Position numbers and translations under genes: made by a program
Shown here: piece after piece, positions 1-13,260 of the stretch
Numbering within the stretch: the stretch's first letter is position 1
Layout: every line of letters starts with the position of its first letter
The notes under the pieces: model-generated
Told to the model about the DNA's origin: nothing
Database searches by the model: none
What the model saw: the letters and a program-made list of their open reading frames with translations, nothing else
Assembly: GCA_002633005.1 (NCBI GenBank)
Contig: NMRA01000254.1
Location: 155,722-219,721 of the forward strand
Direction of reading: 5' to 3'
DNA length: 64,000 nucleotides
DNA from: Phoronis australis
Lineage: Eukaryota; Animalia; Phoronida

Positions 1-123
1 ACAGAGTATTAGCCAGGATTTTGCCCTTCAGACATTCGCGCTCCTGAACTGCCAAATGGAATCTGGGAGAATTTTAGTGGCCGGGGCATGGCCCCGCTTG
101 GCTCCTCTCTAAATCCGCCACTG
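1..123. mobile_element. Right part of a non-autonomous DNA-transposon-like repeat (CAGTGGCGGAT-type terminus), truncated by the window start
   Basis: Ends in AAATCCGCCACTG, the reverse complement of the CAGTGGCGGAT terminus at 3281 and 16804. The body (cagagtatt...cagacattcgc...gccaaatggaat..gggagaattttag) recurs at 35346-35458. Confidence 0.6.
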
Positions 124-1509
124 TGTTCCGTCTAGTTAACTGAAATTAAACTCTAAAACGAGGTTATGCTTTGGACGAAAGATTTAGGTGTTTTAATTTT
201 AAAATTCAACTTGGCCGAGATTGATATTTGAAAAATATAACACATGAAATAGACGTAATTATTAAAACCAAGAAAGCAGAATTGATGGTCCTATAATTTT
301 TATTTTTAATTGCGAGCCTGGTTTGTTATCGTAATCAAAATATATATTTAATAACATCCAGTATCATTTCAGATCGATGACAAATCAACTGTTAGTCCCG
401 GTAGTGCCTACCTCACCAGGACCTATGCTTGAAGCTAATAGGCCTACTCTTGATCAACAAATTAAACCAGATGTGACTAATTGCACACGACAGCAAAATG
501 CTATGAGCCACCACTGTCGAATATATCTTCAACTCGTCAACAATACGACTAGATGACCTGGTACGTGTAGAAAGCATTTTTATCAAGAATTTATTAGAAG
601 AAACGTAACCCTGCATTCAGCATGATACCTAATCCGTAACACCACGATCCTCGCAATTTGTTCATGTTTACTTTTCATGTTTCGAACCTAGTTTTCCGGA
701 AAAAAACTTACATCCTTTCGTCGGACAACTCTTTGGTGCATTGACTTGTTCTTTAACTGTATTTTTCTACTCCTCTGTGGTTAATTATTGACACATTTTT
801 AAAGATTTAATATTCAGGTTGGACCCCAAATATCGGCCATTTAACTCACGCGATGTAAATTTCCGCCTTCTTTATCCCAGTGAGCCTCGCTTTGGATTTT
901 AACGTCCGCCGCGTCTATACTCAAATTGATGCACCCTAGTGCGAAGTTTCCAATATAGTATGTGGGTAAATATTAGGTTATCGGTCTTAAAACATTAAGC
1001 ACTGATGCACCTTTTAGCTCAAGCTTTACTAGTTAAATGAAACGTACTGAGATTGGTCAAAGTAAACAAACAAACGTCCAATTTAAGACACGTGGGTCTA
1101 CCAGAAATAACTGAAATATGCGCGCAAAGCCAAGCAATGTGCGAGCACTTGTGCAAAACTATTTTTTGAAAAAATCGCATTATTTCGGATGTAGGCGCGT
1201 GGGTCTCTATACGCTAGTATACGTCAAAGGATACAGTCCTGTTCGATTCAAAATGATAAACTTTTAAGCAACATTTTATTAACATTGTTTCCGAGTTCTT
1301 CGAATGTGTCAAACATCAATTTAACGATGTTCCGGGTTTCTCAGTTCCCTCGACATCGAGATCTTTTAGTGAATGATTTGTAAACATTTTTGAAAAAAAA
1401 ATGAAACTTGGTAGCAACACTCTTCGATAACACGCTCAACAATGTATATGAAAAGGGAAACCGTCATTCAAGTTGACCTTTAAAAAATATCATTGGCCTC
1501 TGACCATAC

Positions 1510-1729
1510 CTGTACAGTTTCTACCTAATGACTCGTCTTGCTCCTGACGACGTCTCAGTGCGATCTGTCTTGCCATTACAGATTGTCGAATTGCAATCAA
1601 AGTGCACTTTGGGCACTTGCAATCTTTGAAGGGACAGAACCTTTTGTGGCCCTTGAGCACCCGAATGTCGCCATGGTTACGACAGCGAGCACACTTAGGC
1701 ACTCTGGATTTCGGCTTGTTCAGATCCAT
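1510..1729 (-). CDS. Dmrt: Dmrt/doublesex-mab-3 family transcription factor, first coding exon (DM domain)
   Basis: [66 protein letters not shown] carries the complete DM zinc-module Cys/His pattern. Acceptor ttttcag lies 3 nt before the ATG (exon starts 1732). Donor G|gtatgg at 1510/1509 is phase 1. Downstream exons were not identified in the window. Confidence 0.95.
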
Positions 1730-3280
1730 TAGCTGAAAATGAAAGATGTTTTCACAATTAGGTCTATTGTGGCGATTAATAGATCTAGTTTCACAACCAC
1801 CTCTTACAAGGCCGAGGCGGATCCAGAGGATTCGGACACCCCCGGGTCTACTGATTTTCATTGCTGTGGTCGAGGAATATAAAGTGCCTCCCATGACCAT
1901 CCAAAGTATGCCAGACTCATCATTTTCTGGATAAGATCCTGCATTACTCGCTTTAACGCACATAGCAAGTGCTGATCTCGGGCGCATAACTGAGATGCAT
2001 TCCGTATCGAAACGCTGGGTTTTGTGTCCATTTTTTGCCGTCGGTAACGGCAACGGGTTTTAACATCTTTTCAGATTGATTTGTATTATTTACTGCCACG
2101 TATAGTGCATATATATCAATGGCGAGAAAATCTTTTTTTGATTTTTTGTTTGACTGAAGGAACAATTCAAGTTCACCAGTAACGCTTGTCCAATACTATG
2201 ACCAGTTATTGTAATCTCACACTAGGTGACGTGTTTTGAGTTTGGTTTAAAAACTGTCTCGAACTTCAATGATATGTAAACGTATTTGGGATTTCTGAGA
2301 CTGTGACAGCACACATAACTTTGAACTTGATAGTAGCGAAATCACGCTCGTCCAGAAAAGAAGGCACAGGAGTAATGGCTTCCATGTACATGCTTCGTCA
2401 TAACCAGTTTGCATGAACCAGCTAATATTAATGTATTCTCTTAAAAGTTATTCAACTATTTTTTACGTCAAAAACAACTCAATTTTGTACATTCGAATTT
2501 CAAATAAGAAGATCTTTTAGTAAGGAAATCAAACTTCCTCCACATGAAAACATTGATTCCTGCCAACCACACAGACCGGGAACAAAATACGTTCACAAAC
2601 ACCAATGCAGAATTTCTCCCTATTTGCTGAGTTGACTAAAAACGAATATTGAGTTCGACCCTTTACTCCAGAAAAATCACTCCCACAATATTCATTACCG
2701 TGATATTTCCGTTACCAACTCAACATCGAAACCATGGGCAACACAAGAAAACGCTTATTTAGAGTTTAGTGGAATAGGCCAACCCTAAACTTGCGAAGTT
2801 GAAAATGGCGCGTGTACGCATTGTCTGTGACTTGAATTGCCTGCTCATTTGGCGACAATTGAAGACCGGATGAGCGAGGTTAAGCATTTAACATTGGGAG
2901 CTGAACAGTGGCGAAACGTGCCATTTACCACGAATTACCACAGAAATGCACTTTTTATTTTTGAGTAGAACTGACGTCTTGAACTTACTAGCTTTGACCA
3001 GAATTGTAAAGCAGTAAATTCCGTTATGCTTTTGTGATTTTGTTATAATTTGCCGAATCCTAACAAAGGCTTCCAGTCAAAATTAACCGAAACCGAGGCG
3101 GCTATCTCTGCCACAGCTGCTTCGTTGTCAGTCGCCGTCAGAATCGACGCGGGTAGTGGGTAGTGCTGATAAAAACCGGATAATCTGCTGAGTGTACGTG
3201 AGAAAAAGAGGCGCAGTGATGAGGCACATTGGCGGAGTGACATCTTTAGAATAGGCATTTGGGAATAAGGAGAGCTGCCG

Positions 3281-3772
3281 CAGTGGCGGATCTAGGATAT
3301 CACAAGGGGGGCCAATATTTTTTCCGGCTGTAAGCATTTGCGCAAAGCACTATTGTAGATGCGCATAGCATCGAATGGGGGGAGGTCGGGAGGGGCTCCC
3401 CTCCCGCCCAGGAAATTTTTCTGTTTTTTCCTCTAAAAATCAAGCATTTCCTTGGTTCTTGAAGTATTATCCAAGAAAAACAGGCAAAACAAAAACACGG
3501 AGAACGTGTCATACAGGAAAACCCGAAAGTACCAGAGACTCGAACTCACGACCTGACGGATAGAGTGCGCGTGCTTAATCACTACACCACCACGACTTAG
3601 CTACTAACCGTATAACAAGAGACGTAGGCCTACTTGTTTATGGTCCACAGCGTTTGCCCGCGAAACCTACTTCTTTTTGTAATGCTTATTACACGTTTTA
3701 TATTTTGTGCAATCGATTCTTAACAAATTTGTTGCATTTAAAAGAGTCTTCAAATGCCCAAAAGACCAAATC
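3281..3772. mobile_element. Dispersed repeat, copy 1 (CAGTGGCGGATCTAGG terminus, internal tRNA-like segment)
   Basis: About 490 bp, highly similar to 16804-17280 in the same orientation. The terminus resembles those of hAT-like MITEs. Confidence 0.8.
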
Positions 3773-4361
3773 TCATTACCAGCAATATTGAAACCGTGAA
3801 TTGCGCATGCGCGAAAATCACTCAGCCCCCTTCAGAATACATGGGATTCGCAGAAAACACAGCGTGAGGGTCACATTTGCCGATAGCACATAACATAGAT
3901 AAGTATTTTGTTAAAAACGTGGCCAAGTTTCAGCAAAATTGGAAAAAATTTTATGTTTAACATGGTATGGCCAAAGTTTTGGCTTATTTTGTCGCTTCGA
4001 TCAGTGGAATCGCCGCTAAAAACCTGAAAGTGCATGTGAGAAAACGATAATTTTGGACCAAGCCTTTCATGTGCGGTTAGTTGCCGATAGACCCAACAGA
4101 TGTCAGTATAATCAAGATTGAAATGTAGGATTTTGAAGAAAATTAGACAAAATTTTGTATTTAACATGGGGTCGCCGAAAATTGCCAATTTTGGCCTTTT
4201 GATATCAGTTTATCGTCATAGACTAGCATTAGTGGGTCTAGTTAATTCGAAGTTTTTGGTTAAATCACTGATAATATTCACACCAGTATACTAATAAACG
4301 TTTTCTCTATATATAACAATTTGATTCCAATGCTTAAGTAGTGCGTACAACAGGGATTAGC

Positions 4362-4402
4362 NNNNNNNNNNNNNNNNNNNNNNNNNNNNNNNNNNNNNNN
4401 NN
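4362..4402. other. Assembly gap (run of N)
   Basis: 41 N characters. Confidence 1.
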
Positions 4403-7400
4403 TAACCCCGCCTGTGGCTGGACAATTATGCGAAATAAGCGGCACATTTCTCGAAAATTTACCGTGCTTTAGCAGACCACCAGGTGGCATTCCTCTCCCG
4501 TCTTGCAGTCCTTGGCAAATTAACTAACTGAAATCCTTCGCTGGGTATCAAGAACTTCCAAAGTATCTCGGTTAGTCGACGGCATAATTACACGTACACA
4601 AAGCTCGTTCTCGTAAACGACCAAATCCGCTTTAAAACAAGCATTTTTGGTTGAGGAGGGGATGAATATAGATTACCAGAGTAAAACCTACTTGGTTGAA
4701 AGTAAAATAAGCTTGCAAGTAAGGCGGTATCTGATGGCCAAGGCTCAACAGCCAGAGTAGACGAGGATCATTGGCCTCGCAATTTTTTTGCGAAAATAAA
4801 ACCAAAAGAAAAACACAATCACGTGAGAAAAGCATAATTTTGATGAAGGTCGGTTGAGAAAAATTCGTGTAATTCTGTTCAACTTTGCGTATTTTATCAC
4901 AACTTCATTGACGTAGATGATGTTCCTTGAACGAAGTGCACTCGGGTGCTCTGGCCACGTGAACTTAGGATATAGGAAGTCTAAGAAATTATTTCCCAAT
5001 CATCCCGTGTCATCCTCGACATCTCGTGCGCAACAACTCATTTATACGAGGAAGTTCGTTCACTCCTGACCCCTCTATTCCCGTCTATTCATGATATATA
5101 GTTCTGCACTGGAACCATCATTAACACAATGTGAAAAAGGTTAATACACTGTTTCAAAGTTTAAGTCAACACGTTCTCACTCCGGAATCTAAGACAATTT
5201 GGCAGTTCCCATCACGTATGTCTCAACTGACACAGTTTTGTACAGACTTAAACACGTTGCCGTGGCAATTTAGTCGAGCCATGAATTAATCTATTGTGTA
5301 ACGCAGTGTAGTTCACCGTTGGTGACGCGCAGAGAGTCTGGATGAATTAATCAGTAATTTACATTTCATTTTGAAATAACAATTGTATCAATTCAATTTC
5401 TAAATGGCCACCTTTAAATGGTATTCTATTAAAATAGTACCGTAGTAATTGGATATGTAGTTCAAGCTGAGTATTATTTCTTACAGTGAATTACAGTATT
5501 TCACAGATGGTCTCAATAGCCGCCATTCATCATTTCATAACTTGCCATTTTTCATCGAATGCAGCTGAGGATCTCGTGAGGGTGTAAACTGGAATGAAAA
5601 CGACCCCTGCACTTAAAGATAACGTTTTCTTCGTTTTGATCTGTTTAGAATAGAAAATATTTTACCAATCGAATCGTATAACTAAAATGGTACGATTTCG
5701 TAAATTACAGACCTGATGTGCATTTGTGTTACATGGCATTTATTTTTTTCAAGTTCTTGCAAAGTGTATTAGCCAAAAATCGAATTTAAAATTGATTCCT
5801 AAATTCCATTTATTCAAAACTGACGCTTTAAAGCAGTGTAAATTTTGACTTAAATGCAACGTTTAAAGAAAGTTTTAAGTAATTTATCTTAGACTTGTGT
5901 TTTCAAGTAAGCTAAAATAAGCTAACGGAGTATCTTTACACATGGTGTTACTGAAGATGAAAATTGATGCTCGACATAGGTCTCTGATAAAATCCATTCC
6001 AATCACCGTTTGCGGAAATAATTTAATTGCTGACTAGGTGTACGGCAATATGATATTCTAAATACAAGATACAGGGTTATGGGAACGGTCATGCAATGGA
6101 GAAGTTGTCAAAAGTTTCGTTTCTCAATGAAATAATCCTATTGCGCGAGGTATCGACTTGTTGTTAACTCTCAAAAGACCTCAGTCAGAACTGATAGAGT
6201 GTGGATAAGGAACACTCTATCACGACTCGGCATGCTGTTAACACCATTTACGTACGAAAACAAAACGGACATGCGATGTGATATAATGAATGATTGATAA
6301 TGAAACGCGAATGAGGGTATTAAGTAGTCGTGACCCCAAACGTACGATAACTCTTTTGCGAGACACTGTATAAAAACAAGTTAAAATGTATCAGAGCACG
6401 TAATTAATTATAAAGCATAACGCCACATTGTCTAACTTTATGCAGTGCTCTATAATTCAAGTGCCCATGTCCAATTTTGCAGAGAAATTAGGTGTTTTGA
6501 AAGAAAGTGTATATTTATAGACAAGAGCTATTCTGATTGAAGGACACTTAGGTTTTACGGCCGAAAAACGCTTTTAAGAATTATTGTTATATTGGAAGGA
6601 CCTCTAGGGGTTATTGGCATTAATCAGAGCTTAGTGATTTTATTACCGCCAATTCTCGTCGTCGTCTGCCAAACTTTCGCTGAAATCAAGATTGGTGACT
6701 TTCAAATTCTCTACATTAAATCGTCTGGGATTACCCCCAACAGCAAAGCTTTAGGCTGCGCTCGCGGGTTCCAGGTTGAATTCCGCTCTGGAGCTGATCT
6801 CAGAAAATCACTTTTCTTGCGGATTTTGTCCCTTTAAATAAATCTCCAATAATTTTTTCATTGCGGGTTGTTTGTAGCACAAGGTGGCCATTTTGGAAAA
6901 TTCGAGCTTTGAACAAGAGGCGATTAACTAACTGGCCAAAACAGCGACTGACTGAAAAATGAATAAAAAATGTACCGCCGAAAAAATATACTGTCCTCAT
7001 CGAACGTTACATAAACACCTTTATTTAAGAGCAAGAAATTTTACAGACTCGCACATCAAGGTAATCTGCCAAACTGCTTAATATAAAAGTTTTCAGCCTT
7101 GCTTTTATGTGAGATATGTATGCGTCATGTACCAGTGAAAACGGTTTTCCAATTAGATTACGCGAACACATGAAAAAGGTGTGACAAAGTATCTCGAGAA
7201 GTTCTTTTCCTGATTCACAGCAAGTATCAACGAAGGCCACGACTTGTAACTTTGCCGAGTAACTTTTGACCGAATTTCGTTTGTTTCGGAACAATACAAG
7301 TCGCAACCCAGGAATCGGATATCACTCCTAGCTTTTTTGAGCTGAAGACTCATTCAGTAACCCACTCCCCCCAAGACTGGAGAATAAAATGTCATCCGTG

Positions 7401-10400
7401 GTATACTTTACATCGGTGACGTCAATCCTCGATTGTCGTGGCCCTAGGCCCAGGCAGGTATAACATTCGGTAATCATACACAAAGAAACTTAATGGTTAT
7501 ATTTTACATTGAGGCGAGAACAAAGAAAAAGGAATTTAAACTGAAAGGGGAACATAATATTATTAAGACATCAAAAGCCCTAGGATCAAGATAGGAAGTG
7601 CAATATGGTATTGTGGAAGAAAAAATAATCGCATTTTGCCCTGGGAGTTGATGCGAAAGATTTTATGTGTTGGTCGTATTACGAAACCATGTGACGCCTC
7701 AAATTGACTCGATGTGCCATCGGGCTGTGCAATGAAACATTGTAATTCTGTGTAATTTGTCGAGAAAATTACTATTTCACTAAGACGACAGAAATATAAA
7801 ATTAATGAGATTTCAGTTGACAAAAGGCACATGTTTTAAATTCAATATAGTTCAGTACTTTCGTCATTTGCCCAGCAGAAATAAGGCACACGAAATGAAA
7901 GAGTACGGTTAATCACATACTTTAGGAATTTCTTTCTAAATATTTTGGTCGACGACATGAATTTTGCGATGGACATAAACAACTAGATTTTTATTTGCGG
8001 TAAGTAAAACGAGCCAATGACTGATTCTTGGAGTCGAATTTAAAAGTAAACAAAAGTGCCATTTTGTAGCTCAGTTTTGTCTCTTGCAAAGAAATGGAAA
8101 ACATACCAACTGAAATTTGGGAACTTTTGTTATAAATGTTAAATCAAAATTATTTCAGTATCACATTTGAACCAACGTTCTTTTTCATGTGAATATTTCG
8201 TTTAAATTATTTTCATTTAAAAAGTCATAGCATGAAAACAATGCGAGAGACGTAAATGTCAAGCCAAGCGATAAAAACGAATTGTGTGCAAAGACCTTTA
8301 GTACAAGTTCTTGGACGACTCTTTATTACAAAACAGTGTCATATTGTCGAACGCATTTCAAATTATAACTTTTGAAATGTCGATACAAAGAAGCAAGAGA
8401 AATAACTTGCCAAGATTTGTGGTTGTGACATACCGGCGACTTGATACCTTCTGTTTCATTGCTTATACTGGCCATATTCGGTCGTATTGCATTGTTGTCT
8501 ATGTCATTCGCATTTATCTAATTTCGCTACGCTAACAATCTTAAAAACACCCTCAATTCATCTACCCTCAGAAATTCATTGTGATAGCACTTATGTCGGA
8601 GAGCGCGCACGGTTCAGTTGAAAACGTCACTAGCATAAACGTCACTCTGCGTTCGTCATTTTATTCTTTAAGCCGGGATAATAGAAAAAAAGAATACACC
8701 CATGGGCGCATTAACTATACATTGGCAATTACAGTGTACACATCAGACATTTTAATCCTTAAACAAATAAACTTAAGCATACAAATTGTATTGACAATGT
8801 TATAAAACGGTGGACTGAAGTGATTATCGAGTAATCATGACATTGCCTTGCAGAAGTATCGAGCAAATGAGGCTGGCTGATTAAAAGTCAAGTTCAAGAA
8901 AGAAGCCTAAATATTTTTAATCTGAAGCAAGTGAGTTATCATCTTCCCTAAGATACTGTTTTAGTAAGCAAGATTATTATAAAGGATTATAAACTCCACG
9001 CAGTTATTTTGCGGCGCATTGGTTAATTTAATTTGAGATCTCGCGAGGAAGTCTGACTACATTTTCAAGGAACAAACATTCATGACAGCTCTAAAACGGT
9101 TCGTCAACGACTTTTGTTGATGGTAACGCCAGGAGAGGGATGGATGGGGTGGCTTTCTTATGAAACCACTCATCTACCCGCTTGTGAAACCACCCATCTA
9201 CCCGCTTGTGATCTTCACCAATACATCTCTTCCTTATCATTCCCTCCCCCACCGAAGACCTATCTTCAATTAAAGGGATAAGTCAACCAGTATTTTTGCT
9301 GGTAAACTGAATTTAAAAAATCTATCAAAAACAGCGTCTGTTTCATAATGTTATTTATAGGTAAAATAAAGCAGCAACAAGGTTTAAATAACCTAAATCA
9401 ATACTAAAAAACTCCAGTTCTTCAATTTGTTTGGTACTCAGATAGAGATCGAGAAAGTGACACTTGGTCAGTTATTGAGACCCGCCAACTAACTGGTATT
9501 GATTCTGAAATTGACTCTAATCGGAGTTAGGAACAAGTTAATTGAGGCCAATATTTTATGACGGTAAACGGACTAGGCCGATCGTTAGTTTGTTTTTACA
9601 CGGAAGGCGCGTTTATAGTAGCTGACGCACTCGTTGGTTACAGTTCCAAAACCATGATTATGATAAGTAGTCTCCTGCGACTGCCAAGAACTTTGACCGT
9701 CAAATCAGCCAGTGAACGGAAGAAACACACGTTTACGCATTCTAGTGTCGTACCTATGCGATTCGAAAAGTAACCTCCAAAACATATCACTTCTGCATTC
9801 CTGTTCTGTCCCGTACAGAAACTCAAGTTACAAAACAGAAACAAATTTATACAATATAAAACATTGTTTCAGAATTAGACAAAAAACACTGCGGACCTTA
9901 AATGTTATACTGGCATTCTGTAATGTAACCTCAAGCGTATACAAACACGTGTAAATACACGGCAATACTGACACTCATCTGTAACAATGTACCTCTTTTG
10001 CGTCTATTTTTGTAGCTTGTATACACTCTGACGTGATACGCGTGAACGCTCCTAGGACGTTTTGCAAAACGGGCATAGCCTTGTCAGGTTCAGGCATACA
10101 TTGTTCATGACATTACGAGGCTACCTCTGGAGGTTACACAAAGGTTTCGGTTTTTGAATCAATATTTCAAGTTGTTTACTCATCTCACTGACACTGGCTC
10201 ATGAAACTTATATGAAATTCGGAAATAAATGAAATTTCACACATGTAGCCACTTGCTAGGTTGATATGTAATTTTGCGTTCCAGGTCAAACATAACGTTC
10301 CCGGAAATGTCTCGTGGACGGTCCTCGTGAGCTTGCAGAGAACTATAAGCTGTTGGTATCATTACGTCGACCCTTTCATACGTTTGCCGGCTGTTTCCAT

Positions 10401-12821
10401 TCACTCGTAGGGTACACCGATTGAAAAAAAACAGATGTCGGGTAGAAAATTTCTTAGGAAAGCCAATTTTTGTTACAGTTTTGAAGAGCAAAGTTTCAAG
10501 GCATGGTGCTATTGAGTGCAAGAGCCCTGTGTCTCGATGAGAAGGAATTGCTCTCGAATTTTTTGCGTATATGTCTTTTTGTTACTCAATAGATGTTGTT
10601 TTTCGTAGTCAGGGGCATATGTCAGAACGGTGAAGTGAGGCCCCAATTATCTATCTGCGATAGCCAAAATAATGCGGTCATCGGTGCGTGATTTTGTTTT
10701 CCATACTAATTCTCCGCCATATTTCCGCTGTCGTAATCCAAACACAGAGTTAATCTAGCCTAAATAACCAGTGGGATGAGAGGCGAAGGCATTGACGTTA
10801 CGGAACATAGTTTTAAAAACTTATAAATATCTAAAACAGGTTGTTTAAAATTCGCACATTTCAACATTTATCGAAGGTGTGAAGCCAATACAGATGCTGA
10901 CTTATGAACATAACACACACTATTCTGTCATTGCTTACATTTCCTCTTTTCGCCTCTCCATAAAATTCAGAATATCTACAATTTTGTGACGTCTTCACTT
11001 ACGAGCGTACGTTTTTCCTCATTGGGAACAGGCATGTTGTTGCGACTGCTTCGTGATGCTTCTTTTACTAGCAAAACGTCGACATATTACGTAGTCGGCC
11101 GATTTCCGGCGAGACTGGTAAAACACGGCAGCATTTTACTTCCCAGTTGTGTGAAAAATTACGATTCTAGGAATTTCTGCCAGCGCCGATACAATGAAAG
11201 CTTTTTATTAGAAACAACACCCCGCTCCTCTCACGGCCGAAACAATTATTTCGACATTGGAGAGAGGATGCAGAAACATGTGACCTACAAATTCTACTGA
11301 CCCCCTCTATTGACCCCCTCGAGTGACCCCTTGTCAAACATCTCCCAGGTGGTCTCCATTTTCCACCATTTTCACCCCTGTCGCCTTTTCGGTCTACCTC
11401 ACACCCTTTCATCAATTCACTTCTTTCGCCTCACTCCGGACGTCAGAAAAATCACGAGTCTTCGCTTTATCGTACAAATTCCCTGGTCGTCACTTCTGCT
11501 TCTTTACAAGTTACTTATTTGTTCTACATTTTAGGCAATTGTCCTACAAATTACCTGTTATTTTACAGTGCGAATCTCAAGACAATGCGGTGACTCAATC
11601 ATTCAGATAATCCACGTGTTGGATCCATTAATAACCACAAGTGGTTTGTGTCTTTTCTTGTTTATTTTCTGTACATTAACAGTACATAATGTAATTTGTC
11701 AACAATAATGCTTGTAAAAAATGAGCTGATAACCGGCAGCATAGCATTAATTTAGTTTCCTAATCATTCACGATTTCCACCTGGCTTAGTTATTTCTTCA
11801 ATGTGGTTAAACTCATTTGTGAATGATAACACAAGAGCGATGAATTCGGACGTCCGCAAAACGAACAACAAATCCTAAGATGACAAACACTCATGAATTC
11901 CTACACCTAATTTTTAGGCTACTTTTTCATAAATGCCGTCTTTTTGGAAATGACGGTTGAGTGCGGAACGTATCTGAACACGTTCTGGAAGCCTGGCGTT
12001 ACTCCAAAGGCAAGGCACTCTTCTACTCAAATTGTAATAACACTACATACGCGGAAAACGTCCGATTTCATCCTTTTTCCTGTAGTGCTAACACGACGAC
12101 TTACACCCGGAAAAATTTTACTCTAATAAGTGCGTCAAACTAATGTCAAATTGCCCGAATGAGCCAGCAACTTGGGGGGAGAAATGTCTTACTTTGAATG
12201 AAGTGTAGTCATAGAACACCAATGACTGTACATTTATACGTTAAACGTTGCCTGGTACGTCGAATATTTCTCACACGTCAAACTTGTAGGTGGTCGACAT
12301 CGAGATTTTAAATTGTTTGAATTTCAGATATAAAATAACAGAAAAATCAATTTAACGTGAATTAAAGTGGCTTTAAACGCAACTGCCTTTGTCCTTTAAA
12401 AACAGTTTTCGGTTTAGATCCCTTCTCGTTAAAAAAATGGTCTCGACTCTTTCCTTACTCATATGAGAAATGATGTCTGGCTATGGAAGTGCTTAGCCTA
12501 TAGGGTTCACAGGCGTTCTCAGCTTCTGATCGTCCCCAATACACTACATATATACTACAGTATTCCGTGTATTGGGGACGGTCAGAAGCTGTGGATGCCT
12601 GTGATACGGTTCGGTAGTGGCTGAGACAATGCTGGCCGCACGAATAACATACCGTGACAAACCAACTTATCGAAGCTGATCTCAAGTAGGAACAAACTAT
12701 CAGTTCACCCCAAGACCCGAAATTGTCTCCAGTCCGAGTAAAGAACAAGTTAGTACCAGATTTATACGGAAAATGGGAAGTGATCTAAATCAAAGTTATT
12801 TTTACTGAAGGAGGGCTCATG

Positions 12822-12915
12822 ACCGATCTAGGAGAACGTTTTCAAAACACGGCTACCTTTTTAGGTCTCATAGCCGAACTAGGAGAACGTTTCAAAACGC
12901 GGCTACGTTTTTACA
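12822..12915. repeat. Short tandem duplication (~52-bp unit)
   Basis: ccga(t/a)ctaggagaacgttt(t)caaaac(a/g)cggctac occurs twice. Confidence 0.7.
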
Positions 12916-13116
12916 TTTCGCAAAACTGTAACTGATCACACGTCAACAAAACGATCTCTTTGATGGACGTTCTTGATGACTTTTTCATTAACAAAGCCGA
13001 TGATATGTCTGAACAGAAATTCTTTCTTCAGCGTCTTCAACTCTCATGCACGAAAGTTTATTGCAATATAGTTTTTAACCACTAGGCTGCCATAATGGCA
13101 GAGATTAAATATTTAA

Positions 13117-13260
13117 ATATCAACTGATACAAAACTGTTTATCTATAAGATGCAAGTATAGATATCAGTTGATACAGAACTGTTTTTTTCCATAAGATGC
13201 AAGCATAGATATCAAATGATACAAAACCTGAAAGATGCAAGGATAGATACGAATTGATAT
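13117..13260. repeat. Degenerate minisatellite, ~45-bp unit, 3-4 copies
   Basis: Repeated atatca.ntgataca.aac...aagatgcaag.atag. Confidence 0.7.

Noticed and set aside
413-616. Minus-strand ORF as the next Dmrt exon
   Set aside because: Splicing the phase-1 donor to the tgcag acceptor near 612 gives a stop within five codons, and the ORF has no recognisable motif.
1733-2053. N-terminal extension of the 187-aa Dmrt ORF
   Set aside because: It lies upstream of a clear splice acceptor and includes a MITE-like GGCGGATCCAG fragment (~1815), so it is intronic read-through.
3529-3596. Functional tRNA gene
   Set aside because: The anticodon arm and acceptor stem do not form a proper cloverleaf, and the segment lies inside a dispersed repeat.
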